Assembly (NCBI GenBank): GCA_963675665.1
Contig: OY776510.1
Coordinates: 4,736,001 to 4,800,000 of the forward strand
Origin: Spirochaetia bacterium
GTDB lineage: Bacteria; Spirochaetota; Spirochaetia; UBA9216
Reading direction: 5' to 3'
Length of the DNA stretch: 64,000 bases
Shown here: in pieces, positions 28,525-37,446 of the stretch
Layout of the letters: every line of letters begins with the position of its first letter
Position numbering within the stretch: the first letter of the stretch is position 1
Made by a program: the position numbers and the translations under genes
Notes under the pieces: model-generated
What the model was told of the DNA's origin: nothing
Database searches by the model: none
The model's input: only the letters and a program-made list of their open reading frames with translations

Positions 28525-30434
28525 ATCTTCAATTCCACCTTTGTGCCTTTGCCCGGTTCACTGTCAATAAGGAAAATGCTGTTGGGAAACGCAATCTGCA
28601 TACGCTGTCTGACATTCAGCAGACCGATATTTGATTTTTTTTCAATATCGGAGACATCAAACCCGCAACCGTTATCCAGGATAGTTATATCCGTCCCTTT
28701 TTCACCGAGACGTCTGATTTCAACTGCAGTTATTGTCAGATTTCCGCCTTCTTCAAGAGGTTCAATACCGTGAATTACAGCATTCTCGACCAGAGGCTGA
28801 AGAAGAAGCCTCGGGATCCGAAGGTTTTTTATACCTTCTTCCAGCTCAAAACTGAACTTCAGCCGTTCTCCGAAACGTATTTTCTGCAGCATCAGATACC
28901 TGTTAAGAAATTCAAACTCTTCTTCAACTGAAGTCCAGTTATTTCCGGATTGAATATACCTCAGCATATTTTTCAGGGCTTCAACCGTCAGTTTGATGCC
29001 GTCCGAATCGCCTTTACTGTTTAGTCCCAGTATCCCGCTCATTACATTATAGATAAAATGGGGCTGAACCTGGGAACTCAGGGCCTGATACTGAGCTTCA
29101 CGCTTTTCAATTAGTTCGTTATATTTGAGAAAATTATCGATGGAAAGTGAAGCGTATTCTGCAAAAGTCTGCAGGCGGGTAATTCCGAGATCAGAAAAAT
29201 ACTCTCCGGGACGGGTTTTAAGGGCGATAAGTATACCGAAAACCTTGCCTTCAATACTCAGAGGCACAACAAGCATCGATATTACAGATTGAAGTTTTTC
29301 AAAAGTCAGCAATGCAGCATCGGAAATACTTCCCGAATTATACTGAATAACCGAGTTGGGACGAACTATACGGTTGCTGAAATACTGCAGAAGGATCTCC
29401 CGGTCATGCTCTCCCGGAGAACTCCCGTTTTCAGCCTCCAGTCTTGCAGTACCGTCTCTCTCAAATCTGAAAATCAACGATGCATCCGCCGCAGTGTCCT
29501 GCACAACAGCCTGTACAACAAGATGCAAAAGACTCCCCAGTTCAGAACCTTCGGTAATAAACGATCCGATATCACGGGTCAGGTTTAGTATGCTGTCTAC
29601 ATTCTTTTTAAGATCATTCACAAGGGTTGTAAAAGTATTGGAAAAATCTCCAAACTCATCGTGAGAACTTATTTCCATTCGAACCGAGAAATTACCCAAT
29701 GATACCTGTCTGAATGTATTCTCAACCTTAACAAGCTTCCGTCCCAGGTCCCTGGAAATATACAGAGTAAGAAGCAGAGTCAGAAGCACAACGGCGCCGG
29801 CTGATATAATAAAAAAAGCTACAATCCGCTTTTTGAGTTTCTCGCCTTCTTCATTAAGAGACTTTATAAAATAATTCATGAAGCTTTCGAAACTGTTCGT
29901 AAAATAATAGGAAGTTTCCTGGACCTGTCTGAAGAAGGGAGTAATCGTATCATCCTTCTGCATTGTGTTATACAGATTATCCACAGTACGGTACTGCTCG
30001 CGCAGGTAGATGAGCGTTTCTTCCATATTATCAAGCATTTCCATCGCCTTGTCGTTCATCATGAGGGCGGTGAAATACTGGTCGCGAAGATGTTCGTCCC
30101 GGGATTTTACAAAATTGGAGATACTCATGAAATCTGAAAATGTCTTTTTATACTGCAGAACAGCTTCTTTCCACTGCGAAAGGGTCACCGCTGAACGCGG
30201 TGAATATGTAAGTGATCGTATCTGCCCGTACATTTTCGGAGTAAAAAGATCAAAAATCATATCCTTCATCAGGCTTTTAACTTCACGGGAATCTTTCTGC
30301 AGCTGGACACCCAGGTTTATTGACTGCTGGAGCTGTGAGTTGCGGTTCCAGCTGTAAACGGAAATAACGGCAAAAAAGGAAATTCCTGCAATATAAATAA
30401 ACATTAAAAAAGCAAGTTTATAGCGTATTTTCAT
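28521..30434 (-). CDS. Sensor histidine kinase (YesM/LytS type) with HAMP and a GAF-like domain
   Basis: Two TMs, HAMP (HDEFGDFSNTF), GAF-like (MLVVPLSIEGKVFGILIA...FAEYASLSIDN), SQVQPHFIYN, LQPLVENAVIHG, DNGCG, IGLLNV. Confidence 0.9.
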   Translation of the reverse strand: MKIRYKLAFLMFIYIAGISFFAVISVYSWNRNSQLQQSINLGVQLQKDSREVKSLMKDMIFDLFTPKMYGQIRSLTYSPRSAVTLSQWKEAVLQYKKTFSDFMSISNFVKSRDEHLRDQYFTALMMNDKAMEMLDNMEETLIYLREQYRTVDNLYNTMQKDDTITPFFRQVQETSYYFTNSFESFMNYFIKSLNEEGEKLKKRIVAFFIISAGAVVLLTLLLTLYISRDLGRKLVKVENTFRQVSLGNFSVRMEISSHDEFGDFSNTFTTLVNDLKKNVDSILNLTRDIGSFITEGSELGSLLHLVVQAVVQDTAADASLIFRFERDGTARLEAENGSSPGEHDREILLQYFSNRIVRPNSVIQYNSGSISDAALLTFEKLQSVISMLVVPLSIEGKVFGILIALKTRPGEYFSDLGITRLQTFAEYASLSIDNFLKYNELIEKREAQYQALSSQVQPHFIYNVMSGILGLNSKGDSDGIKLTVEALKNMLRYIQSGNNWTSVEEEFEFLNRYLMLQKIRFGERLKFSFELEEGIKNLRIPRLLLQPLVENAVIHGIEPLEEGGNLTITAVEIRRLGEKGTDITILDNGCGFDVSDIEKKSNIGLLNVRQRMQIAFPNSIFLIDSEPGKGTKVELKI

Positions 30435-31660
30435 ATTCCCGGCACCGTTACGCTTGCATCAGGCATTATAACAATACGGTTGCCGGCTTCAATCAGTTCG
30501 TCCAGCAGTTTCTGCAGATCAGCGACAGGTTCGATAAAAATAGACTCAAGCACTTCCGGTTCCAGCCCGGTATAGGCCATCAATCTGATTTGCGCACTTA
30601 ATTCAGCAAGCCTGGCAGCTTTGTGGTATCCGAGCCTGTAACCCTTATTGATTTTGCTGAATACTGCTTCAGGTTTATCGCAAGACGACAGCAATCTGCT
30701 GAAAGTATCGTCGCCTACCCCGTCGCGGCAGGCTGACACGAGCACAAGCGTACCGCCTGGTTTCAACGCCAGGCCGGCGTTCTCAATTGCTTTCTGCGAC
30801 TGGTATAAATCGATATCCATGGGATATTTTGCACAGGCAATCACAACATCGGCCTTGCGTTCAATTGGAACTGCAAAGACTTCCGAAGCCTTCTCAACTG
30901 CGCTGCTGAAGGCTTCATTTAACCCGCCGGCTGCAACCGAATAAATCTGCTGCCTGCGATCAAGAACAGTCATTATCGAAAAAATATTTTTGCCGACCAT
31001 TCGGCAGGCTTCAAGCATATCTTCATGTACAGGGTTGCCTGAAAGCGCAAGGGTTCTGGCGCCCGGCAACAACGCAAGCCTGTGGTTTTGTTCAATCGTA
31101 CTGAACGCCGCCACACCCGGAAGCAACCCCTTTCGGCCTCCGGTAAAACCTGCAAAATAATGAGGTTCGACCGAGCCGATTATCAGTATCCGGTCTGCCT
31201 GCTTTATCTTCGCGTTCAGCAGAACTTCAGTGCCGAGTGCGGTTGTTCCCAGCATAAACATCTCGTCGGTTCTGGCGTCATGGACCGAGATTCTTCCTCG
31301 AAACCTTTCGAGTGTACTGCCGAATATAAAACCGAGTTCTTCTTCAGCAGGGGCACGGTGAGCACCGGTTGCAATAATAAACTCTGCAGCGGAAGCCTGA
31401 AGCAAGTCAGAAACAGTTTCCAAAATCAAAGCTGTCGGGGTAGGACGGGTAGCATCATTAACTATAACAATAAGACGGCCTTCCGCCGACAGGAAATTCT
31501 GAAAAGAACCGCTGCCCGACGGATTTTCCAATGCTTCAAGAACAGCCTGAACCGCATCGATATGTCCTGAAACTTCGTTCGGTTCGATAAAAGCTTCGAT
31601 TCCGGATTCAGGGAGGTCAACATCGATGCTTTCTTTTCCGTACGGCAGCCTGATTTTCAT
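30431..31660 (-). CDS. larA: Nickel-pincer-dependent lactate racemase (LarA) family protein
   Basis: VNDATRPTPT, ATGAHR, EPHYFAGFTGGRK, DIDLYQSQKA, LGYHKA; start at ATG 31660. Confidence 0.85.
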   Translation of the reverse strand: MKIRLPYGKESIDVDLPESGIEAFIEPNEVSGHIDAVQAVLEALENPSGSGSFQNFLSAEGRLIVIVNDATRPTPTALILETVSDLLQASAAEFIIATGAHRAPAEEELGFIFGSTLERFRGRISVHDARTDEMFMLGTTALGTEVLLNAKIKQADRILIIGSVEPHYFAGFTGGRKGLLPGVAAFSTIEQNHRLALLPGARTLALSGNPVHEDMLEACRMVGKNIFSIMTVLDRRQQIYSVAAGGLNEAFSSAVEKASEVFAVPIERKADVVIACAKYPMDIDLYQSQKAIENAGLALKPGGTLVLVSACRDGVGDDTFSRLLSSCDKPEAVFSKINKGYRLGYHKAARLAELSAQIRLMAYTGLEPEVLESIFIEPVADLQKLLDELIEAGNRIVIMPDASVTVPGI

Positions 31661-31664
31661 TCTT

Positions 31665-32765
31665 CTATTTACCGACTTTGGCCCGGTAATGCTCAACCTC
31701 CCAATCCCGGATAAAAACAATAAGCTCTTCAGTCATCGGCTGTGCTCCTCCGAAAGACTCGCTGTAAACAGCTATTTTGACCGTATCGATCATCAACGCC
31801 AGAGCAGACGCGGATTTTTCCCCGGTATCTCCGACAGTAAACAGCCCGACGCCTTTTACAAAAACGGCCTGCGGCTCGCGTTTCCATTTTACGTTATATC
31901 CGGCTACAGCCTCTGTCAAGTCATTTATTCTGTCGATCCGAAGCGGCCCGGGACCTGCATACACAATCTGATCCGGATTGAAAGGAAGCCTGACAGGCTC
32001 GAATGCGGCATCGGATTCAGCAAAAGCGAGTATGTCGCTGTTTACCCCAGAATCAGCCTCGAGTTTTCTTCCCCATGCAGCTTCAGCAGCCGATCTGAAT
32101 TCTGCAGTCGAAACAGCGGATGTTGAATCTTCCGGAGTCTTTTTCAGTCGTGATGAAATCACTTCCGCGATCTTTTTATGCAGATGTTCGATATCCGCAG
32201 GAGTCTCCCCGGATACAAAAAGACCGTGGTTTTGCAGGAATATCATCTCCGGATATCGCTTTCCGGCTTCGGCGGCAGCTTCGAGATTTTTTTTTATTTC
32301 GCCTGCAAGAATATAACCGGGACGGGTAAGAGGAACCCAGAGAGCACTGTCGCCGAACAGTCCGGCCAGCTCAGCCTCTCCGCAGCGGCCGCAGGTCAGT
32401 CCGTTAATCAGAGCAGGATGCGTATGGACTACAAGCCTTCCCTTAATCAGTGAATGAAGCAGGGCCTCCACGCTCGGCCGGGCCGTTTGCCCCTCCGTAC
32501 GCGCCTTCATCATATCTGCAAGCACCTCTGCTTCACGCTTCTTCTCATCAGCCGGGTACGTTTTCTTCCATATGGAATTCAGGGATTCAAGGTTCATCTC
32601 AACAAATCCCTGTTCCTCAATGGTTGAAAGCTTAAAACCTGAGGCCTTTACATACATCAGCCCGTTTTCCTTCATGGATGTATTACCGCCTCCGACAAGC
32701 ACCCAATCCGGATCACTTCCGTATTTCCTTGATACTTTTATGAGATCGCTTAAATCAGCGCTCAT
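31665..32765 (-). CDS. Class II aldolase/adducin family protein, probable rhamnulose-1-phosphate aldolase (RhaE-type domain)
   Basis: VLVGGGNTSMK, MYVKASG, RPSVEALLH, VHTHP, FLQNHG, PDQIVY, WEVEHYR; directly downstream of rhaA. Confidence 0.8.
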   Translation of the reverse strand: MSADLSDLIKVSRKYGSDPDWVLVGGGNTSMKENGLMYVKASGFKLSTIEEQGFVEMNLESLNSIWKKTYPADEKKREAEVLADMMKARTEGQTARPSVEALLHSLIKGRLVVHTHPALINGLTCGRCGEAELAGLFGDSALWVPLTRPGYILAGEIKKNLEAAAEAGKRYPEMIFLQNHGLFVSGETPADIEHLHKKIAEVISSRLKKTPEDSTSAVSTAEFRSAAEAAWGRKLEADSGVNSDILAFAESDAAFEPVRLPFNPDQIVYAGPGPLRIDRINDLTEAVAGYNVKWKREPQAVFVKGVGLFTVGDTGEKSASALALMIDTVKIAVYSESFGGAQPMTEELIVFIRDWEVEHYRAKVGK

Positions 32766-32768
32766 TTG

Positions 32769-34034
32769 TCAACTCCTTTTGAAAAGAATATCTTTTTCAT
32801 ATTTCTGTACTTCGCTGAAGATTTCCGATTCTGCAGGGACGCCTTCCTGTCTGCAGTAATAATCCCACACGGCACCGAACGGCAGTGATTTAAGACGTTC
32901 AAGCAGAGCCATTCTGCCGTAATAATCTCCCGATTCTTCAAAAGCAACCAGTCTGTCCGTCGGCTCCAGCATTGCCAGAAGAAGCCCCTTCATGGTAGCG
33001 CGGGCGCCTGTCGTCCAGGCCCCTATCCGGTTAAGGGTTCCGTCGAAAAAATCAAGACCGATATGAATATCTTCCAGCCTGTTCGACCTGACTATCTCTT
33101 CTGTCAGGAAACGGATGTCATCATTAAGTATTACTACATGGTCGCTGTCCCATCGCATGGGGCGGCTGACATGCAGCAGCAGTTCGCTGTTAAAGAGCAG
33201 GGTTGACGAGATCTTGTCTGCAATAAGTTCGGTCGGATGAAAGTGTCCGAGATCAAGGCAGGGCATTTTACCGCTTTTTAGTGCATAACCCATATAAAAC
33301 TCATGGGAGCCTACAACATAGGCTTCCGAGCCTATTCCGAACAGTTTCGTTTCAACAGCGTCCCTGACATATTCTTCGGGAAGGTCTTCGGCAAAAACCT
33401 CATCCAGGGAGTCTTTCAGAATCCGCCTGTAACCCATTCTGTCTACCGGAATATCCTTCATACCGTCCGGGATCCAGACATTCTCAATTGACGGGCTTCC
33501 CTGGTTCTTTCCGAATTCGGCGGCAATCAGCCTGACTCTTTTTGCATGTTCAATCCAGAAATCGCGGATTCCCCTGTTTTTGCTTGAAAGCGTAAAACCG
33601 TCGTCGGCCTTAGGATGCGAAAAGAATGAGCCGTTGAAATCCATAGGGATCTTATTTGTCTTCGACCATTCCATCCAGCCGGCGAAGTGCTCAGGTTTAA
33701 TTTCATCACGATCTACAGATTTCCCGCCGAACTCGCCGTATATCGCATGCAGGTTCAGCCTGTGACTTCCGGGAATAATCGAATAAACCTTTTCAAGATC
33801 TGCCTGAAGCTCAGCGACATTTCGGGCCTTGCCCGGATGATTACCGGTAACCTGAATTCCGCCTCCGCCGAGAACAGCATCTGGAGTCTCGAATCCTCCG
33901 ACATCGTCTCCCTGCCAGCAGTGCAGCGATAAAGGTACTCTTTTAAGTTTTTCAAGAGCCGCAGCCGGATCCACGCCCAGTTCACCATACTGCTCAACGG
34001 CAATTTCCCATGCTTTCTGTATATTATCAGCCAT
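32769..34034 (-). CDS. rhaA: L-rhamnose isomerase
   Basis: SLHCWQGDDVGGFE, RLNLHAIY, WIPDGMKD, KLFGIGSEAYVVGSHEFY, GHFHPTE, RWDSDHVV. Confidence 0.96.
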   Translation of the reverse strand: MADNIQKAWEIAVEQYGELGVDPAAALEKLKRVPLSLHCWQGDDVGGFETPDAVLGGGGIQVTGNHPGKARNVAELQADLEKVYSIIPGSHRLNLHAIYGEFGGKSVDRDEIKPEHFAGWMEWSKTNKIPMDFNGSFFSHPKADDGFTLSSKNRGIRDFWIEHAKRVRLIAAEFGKNQGSPSIENVWIPDGMKDIPVDRMGYRRILKDSLDEVFAEDLPEEYVRDAVETKLFGIGSEAYVVGSHEFYMGYALKSGKMPCLDLGHFHPTELIADKISSTLLFNSELLLHVSRPMRWDSDHVVILNDDIRFLTEEIVRSNRLEDIHIGLDFFDGTLNRIGAWTTGARATMKGLLLAMLEPTDRLVAFEESGDYYGRMALLERLKSLPFGAVWDYYCRQEGVPAESEIFSEVQKYEKDILFKRS

Positions 34035-34055
34035 AAATTTCCTCCTGTAAATTTT

Positions 34056-34073
34056 CCTGCCATGGAAGGCAGG
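34056..34073. repeat. CATGGA-loop hairpin, copy upstream of rhaA
   Basis: CCTGCC-ATGGAA-GGCAGG; nearly identical to 51890-51907. Confidence 0.7.
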
Positions 34074-34120
34074 TGATAAATTCAGTATAATCAGAATAAA
34101 CCCGGAATCAAATATCCGCC

Positions 34121-34149
34121 TTGACTAAACAGTCATATTTTAGCACAAT
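34121..34149 (+). promoter_or_regulatory. Sigma70-like promoter of the AraC regulator
   Basis: TTGACT-17 nt-CACAAT, 8 nt before the ATG, no SD. Confidence 0.55.
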
Positions 34150-34157
34150 TCCGTCAG

Positions 34158-35048
34158 ATGATTGAGCAAATCAAACCTCATCTTACCGATAACGACGTTT
34201 TTCCTGATGCTGATTTCAGGCTTTCAGTATTAAGGCGATCACCCCAGATTCCCTTCCCGAAGCATACTCACGATTTTACGGAACTGGTAATCGTATACGG
34301 CGGAAGCGGTACGCATTTTACGGAAAATGAAGAATACTCTGTTGCAAGCGGTGATGTTTTTATTCTTACAGGAGATCGCGCGCATGGATACCGGAATTTA
34401 AACAATCTTCAGTTAATTAATGTCATTTTCAACAGAAGACTATTACAGTTAAAACCTTTTTCTGGTTTCGACCTTGATTCAATAAGCGGATATCACGCTC
34501 TTTTTACCTGGGAACCAAGACTGCGAACCGAGCATGAATTCAAGAGCAGACTGCGGCTCAGCCACTCCGATCTGAATACAGCATTAAAGATTACGGAAAG
34601 AATCGAAAAGGAACTCGGGGCATGCCGGCCAGGTTACAAGGCCATGGTATTCGCCCGGTTTATTCAACTTTGCGGATTCTTAAGCCGCCGCTATGAAGCC
34701 AGCTCTACACCGGGAATGAAGGAACTGTCCAGAATAAGCGGAGTATTAAGTTATATGGAAAACAACATAACCAGGTCAATTCCGGTATCAGAATTGACCG
34801 AACTTGCCGGGATGTCGGAAAGTACGCTGCTCCGCTTTTTTAACCGAACAACAGGCAGCAGCCCTGTCGAATATCACAACCGCCTCAGAATAGATAATGC
34901 ATGCAGACTCTTAAAAGAAACAGATAAAACTGTTACCGAGATTGCATTCGACCTGGGTTTTTCAGACAGTAATTATCTAAGCAGGATGTTTAAAAAAATA
35001 ATCGGAATTCCTCCGGGGCAATGGAGAAAGAAAAACCAGGATGAATAA
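34158..35048 (+). CDS. AraC-family regulator, RhaR/RhaS-like
   Basis: PQIPFPKHTHDFTELVIVYGGSGTH cupin arm and a C-terminal IAFDLGFSDSNYLSRMFKK; divergent from rhaA. Confidence 0.9.
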   Translation: MIEQIKPHLTDNDVFPDADFRLSVLRRSPQIPFPKHTHDFTELVIVYGGSGTHFTENEEYSVASGDVFILTGDRAHGYRNLNNLQLINVIFNRRLLQLKPFSGFDLDSISGYHALFTWEPRLRTEHEFKSRLRLSHSDLNTALKITERIEKELGACRPGYKAMVFARFIQLCGFLSRRYEASSTPGMKELSRISGVLSYMENNITRSIPVSELTELAGMSESTLLRFFNRTTGSSPVEYHNRLRIDNACRLLKETDKTVTEIAFDLGFSDSNYLSRMFKKIIGIPPGQWRKKNQDE

Positions 35049-35077
35049 TGAAACTGCCGAAAAAACGAGTTAATTAC

Positions 35078-35110
35078 AAAAAAAGCCGCGGTTTTTTCTC
35101 TGCGGCTTTT
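35078..35110. terminator. Bidirectional intrinsic terminator
   Basis: AAAAGCCGCGG...CTGCGGCTTTT between convergent genes. Confidence 0.7.
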
Positions 35111-35139
35111 CCAGGAGGATATATCTGATTAATATTTAA

Positions 35140-37038
35140 TCAATAAATCTCATCTATAACCCAACCGAGATCAAGTTCATGTAACTTTGCGCATCTAGGC
35201 CGTCCTTCTTCATCCCAATTCATCATTTCATAAAGGAGATCTATTGCTTTATTGAATTCAACTTCATCTATCCTTGCATCATCAAGATTTTCTTTTTTTA
35301 GAAATTCATACATTCGTTCAGGAAGCTTATCGTCTTTGCGTCTATAGCCCTCTCTGATATTGAATGCCTTGGCAAGATTTACACGACGCTCACCCAGTTT
35401 CATAACCTCCCAAAGACTGTTCTCCCACCCTGTTACAGCATCCATAATATCAATAAGGTGCTTCATTGTAAAAGATCGGACCGGGGCAAAAGTCAGCACA
35501 CAAAGTGTGAGAGAATCCATAAAACTGAAATGATTTTGAAGGTATACAAAATTTCTGACCTTTTCAGGTCCGATATACTGAGAATTTAAACGCTTGAGAA
35601 TACCGAGAGGTTTTGCCTGTTCAACATATACTTCAGGCGCAAACTCATCAAAGTCGTTATCATGCTCTACCACAACATGATCTCCACCGATAGGCGAACA
35701 TGCATAACCAAGACCAACGCCGGTTTTTACACGTGGGTCATGTAGCGCCAACTCCATTCCCTTCGTATGTATGGCGTATTTATCGCTACCCTTGCCGATA
35801 ATTTCAGAAGCCTTCTTTGTTCCTTCAGCAAGCAGTGCTCCGAACGGTCCTTTCCTGAAAACTATTCTGTCGATTAAATCAAGCACAAGAGCTTCATTAC
35901 CGAATTCCAGTTTTAATCCGTCAGTATCTTCTTCCGTTAAAATTCCGTTTTCAAAACATTCTATTGCAAAAGAAATCGTCATTCCTGTTGAGATTGTATC
36001 AATGCTATATTTATTGCACAGCTCATTTGCCTTGGCTACATATTCAATATTTGTTATGCCAAGATTTGAACCGAATGAGGACAGCGTCTCGTATTCAGGC
36101 CCTCCATAAAATGGGTCTACATTATAAGGTTCACCGGTCTTCACAACACGTTTACATGCTACCTGGCAAGCCCAACACCTTTCGCCTTTTTCCAGTATGG
36201 TTTCAGACATATAAGTACCTGATAACTTTTCTCCATCTTCAATAGAACCGTACTTAAAGTTTTTTGTAGGGAACTCTTCAAGCTCAACCTGATGTGAAAC
36301 ATAATCTGCTGATCCAAAATCATGACCGCTTTTGTTCGCAGGATTGTTCATATAATTGGCCCCAAACCATTTGCCATGCTCAATAATTCTGTCTCTATCA
36401 AAAAACTCCGGCTTATTTGTGCCCCGGCACACTACAGCTTTCAGGTTTTTCGAACCCATTACAGCCCCGGAGCCTCCACGGCCGTTTGCATGCTTACACT
36501 CATTCAGGATACATGCATATCTGACCAAATTCTCACCGCCGGGACCAATAAGCAGCATACGGGATTTCGGCTCACCAATTTCCTCACGAATTATTTTCTG
36601 GGCTTCACCGGTAACCCTTCCCCATACACTTTCGGCGTTTCGGATACTGACTTCTCCATTATTAATATACAAATAAACAGGTTTTTCCGACTTCCCCTTC
36701 ACTACAACTGCGTCAAAACCTGAAAATTTAAGTTCAGGCCCCCAGTATCCGCCTGCTTCCGAATCCAGAAAAGCATTTGTCAGCGGTGATTTTGTCGTAA
36801 CTGCATGTCTTGAGAAACCTGCAAGCGGGGTTCCGGTAAGAATACTTGCTGAAAACACTATTACATTTTCAGCACTAAGCGGATCAATATTCGCTTTCAT
36901 TTCTTTTAATAAGTAATAAGCTCCCAGACATCCCCCACCCATATATGTTCTATAAAAGACTTCATCCGGTTCTTCTATATAATGAGTATGATCTGTCAAA
37001 TTTACATGTAAAATCCTTCCATTATACCCAAACGGCAT
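35140..37038 (-). CDS. W/Mo aldehyde:ferredoxin oxidoreductase (AOR family), copy 1
   Basis: GYNGRILHVNL, KSPLT, IGPGGENLV, GRGGSGAVMGSKNLKA, CWACQVAC, GPEYET, DTISTG. Confidence 0.92.
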   Translation of the reverse strand: MPFGYNGRILHVNLTDHTHYIEEPDEVFYRTYMGGGCLGAYYLLKEMKANIDPLSAENVIVFSASILTGTPLAGFSRHAVTTKSPLTNAFLDSEAGGYWGPELKFSGFDAVVVKGKSEKPVYLYINNGEVSIRNAESVWGRVTGEAQKIIREEIGEPKSRMLLIGPGGENLVRYACILNECKHANGRGGSGAVMGSKNLKAVVCRGTNKPEFFDRDRIIEHGKWFGANYMNNPANKSGHDFGSADYVSHQVELEEFPTKNFKYGSIEDGEKLSGTYMSETILEKGERCWACQVACKRVVKTGEPYNVDPFYGGPEYETLSSFGSNLGITNIEYVAKANELCNKYSIDTISTGMTISFAIECFENGILTEEDTDGLKLEFGNEALVLDLIDRIVFRKGPFGALLAEGTKKASEIIGKGSDKYAIHTKGMELALHDPRVKTGVGLGYACSPIGGDHVVVEHDNDFDEFAPEVYVEQAKPLGILKRLNSQYIGPEKVRNFVYLQNHFSFMDSLTLCVLTFAPVRSFTMKHLIDIMDAVTGWENSLWEVMKLGERRVNLAKAFNIREGYRRKDDKLPERMYEFLKKENLDDARIDEVEFNKAIDLLYEMMNWDEEGRPRCAKLHELDLGWVIDEIY

Positions 37039-37061
37039 TTCCACTCTCCTTCATTGAAAAA

Positions 37062-37346
37062 TCAGCCTCCTGCAAGAGGGGGCAAAAGTATGAGTTTATC
37101 TCCGTCTTCCAGAATTTCATCAGGAAGAACCCTCTTTCTGTTTTTAATACAAAGCCACATAAACCCATACTTCTCTGAAAAGAGTATGTTCCTAAGCGTA
37201 TGATCATATTTAATGCATAATCCTTCTGCCAAAGCAATAAAATTCGAACCCTTCTCAATTTGAATCACAATTTCATCTTTCCCGATTATCTTTTTTAATT
37301 GTGATCTCAAGACCAAATTAATTGTTATCAAAGACTTTTCCTTCAT
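37062..37346 (-). CDS. MoaD/ThiS-family sulfur carrier
   Basis: 94 aa ending LEDGDKLILLPPLAGG; adjacent to AOR. Confidence 0.85.
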   Translation of the reverse strand: MKEKSLITINLVLRSQLKKIIGKDEIVIQIEKGSNFIALAEGLCIKYDHTLRNILFSEKYGFMWLCIKNRKRVLPDEILEDGDKLILLPPLAGG

Positions 37347-37370
37347 TAAAAACAGGATTATACTTATGTA

Positions 37371-37442
37371 TTCCCGGCGACCATAGGCTGCCGGGAAACA
37401 AACTTGTTAAAGCTGTATGGGAGAACATTCTTCCATACGGCT
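37371..37442. repeat. Two hairpins between the binding-protein gene and moaD
   Basis: TTCCCGGC...GCCGGGAA (37371-37397) and AGCTGTATGGGAGA/TCTTCCATACGGCT (37411-37442). Confidence 0.65.
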
Positions 37443-37446
37443 TTTT

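Noticed and set aside
34056-34073. CsrA-binding site interpretation of the CATGGA hairpins
   Set aside because: The GGA loop is on the non-coding strand of the downstream genes; kept only as an unexplained repeat family.
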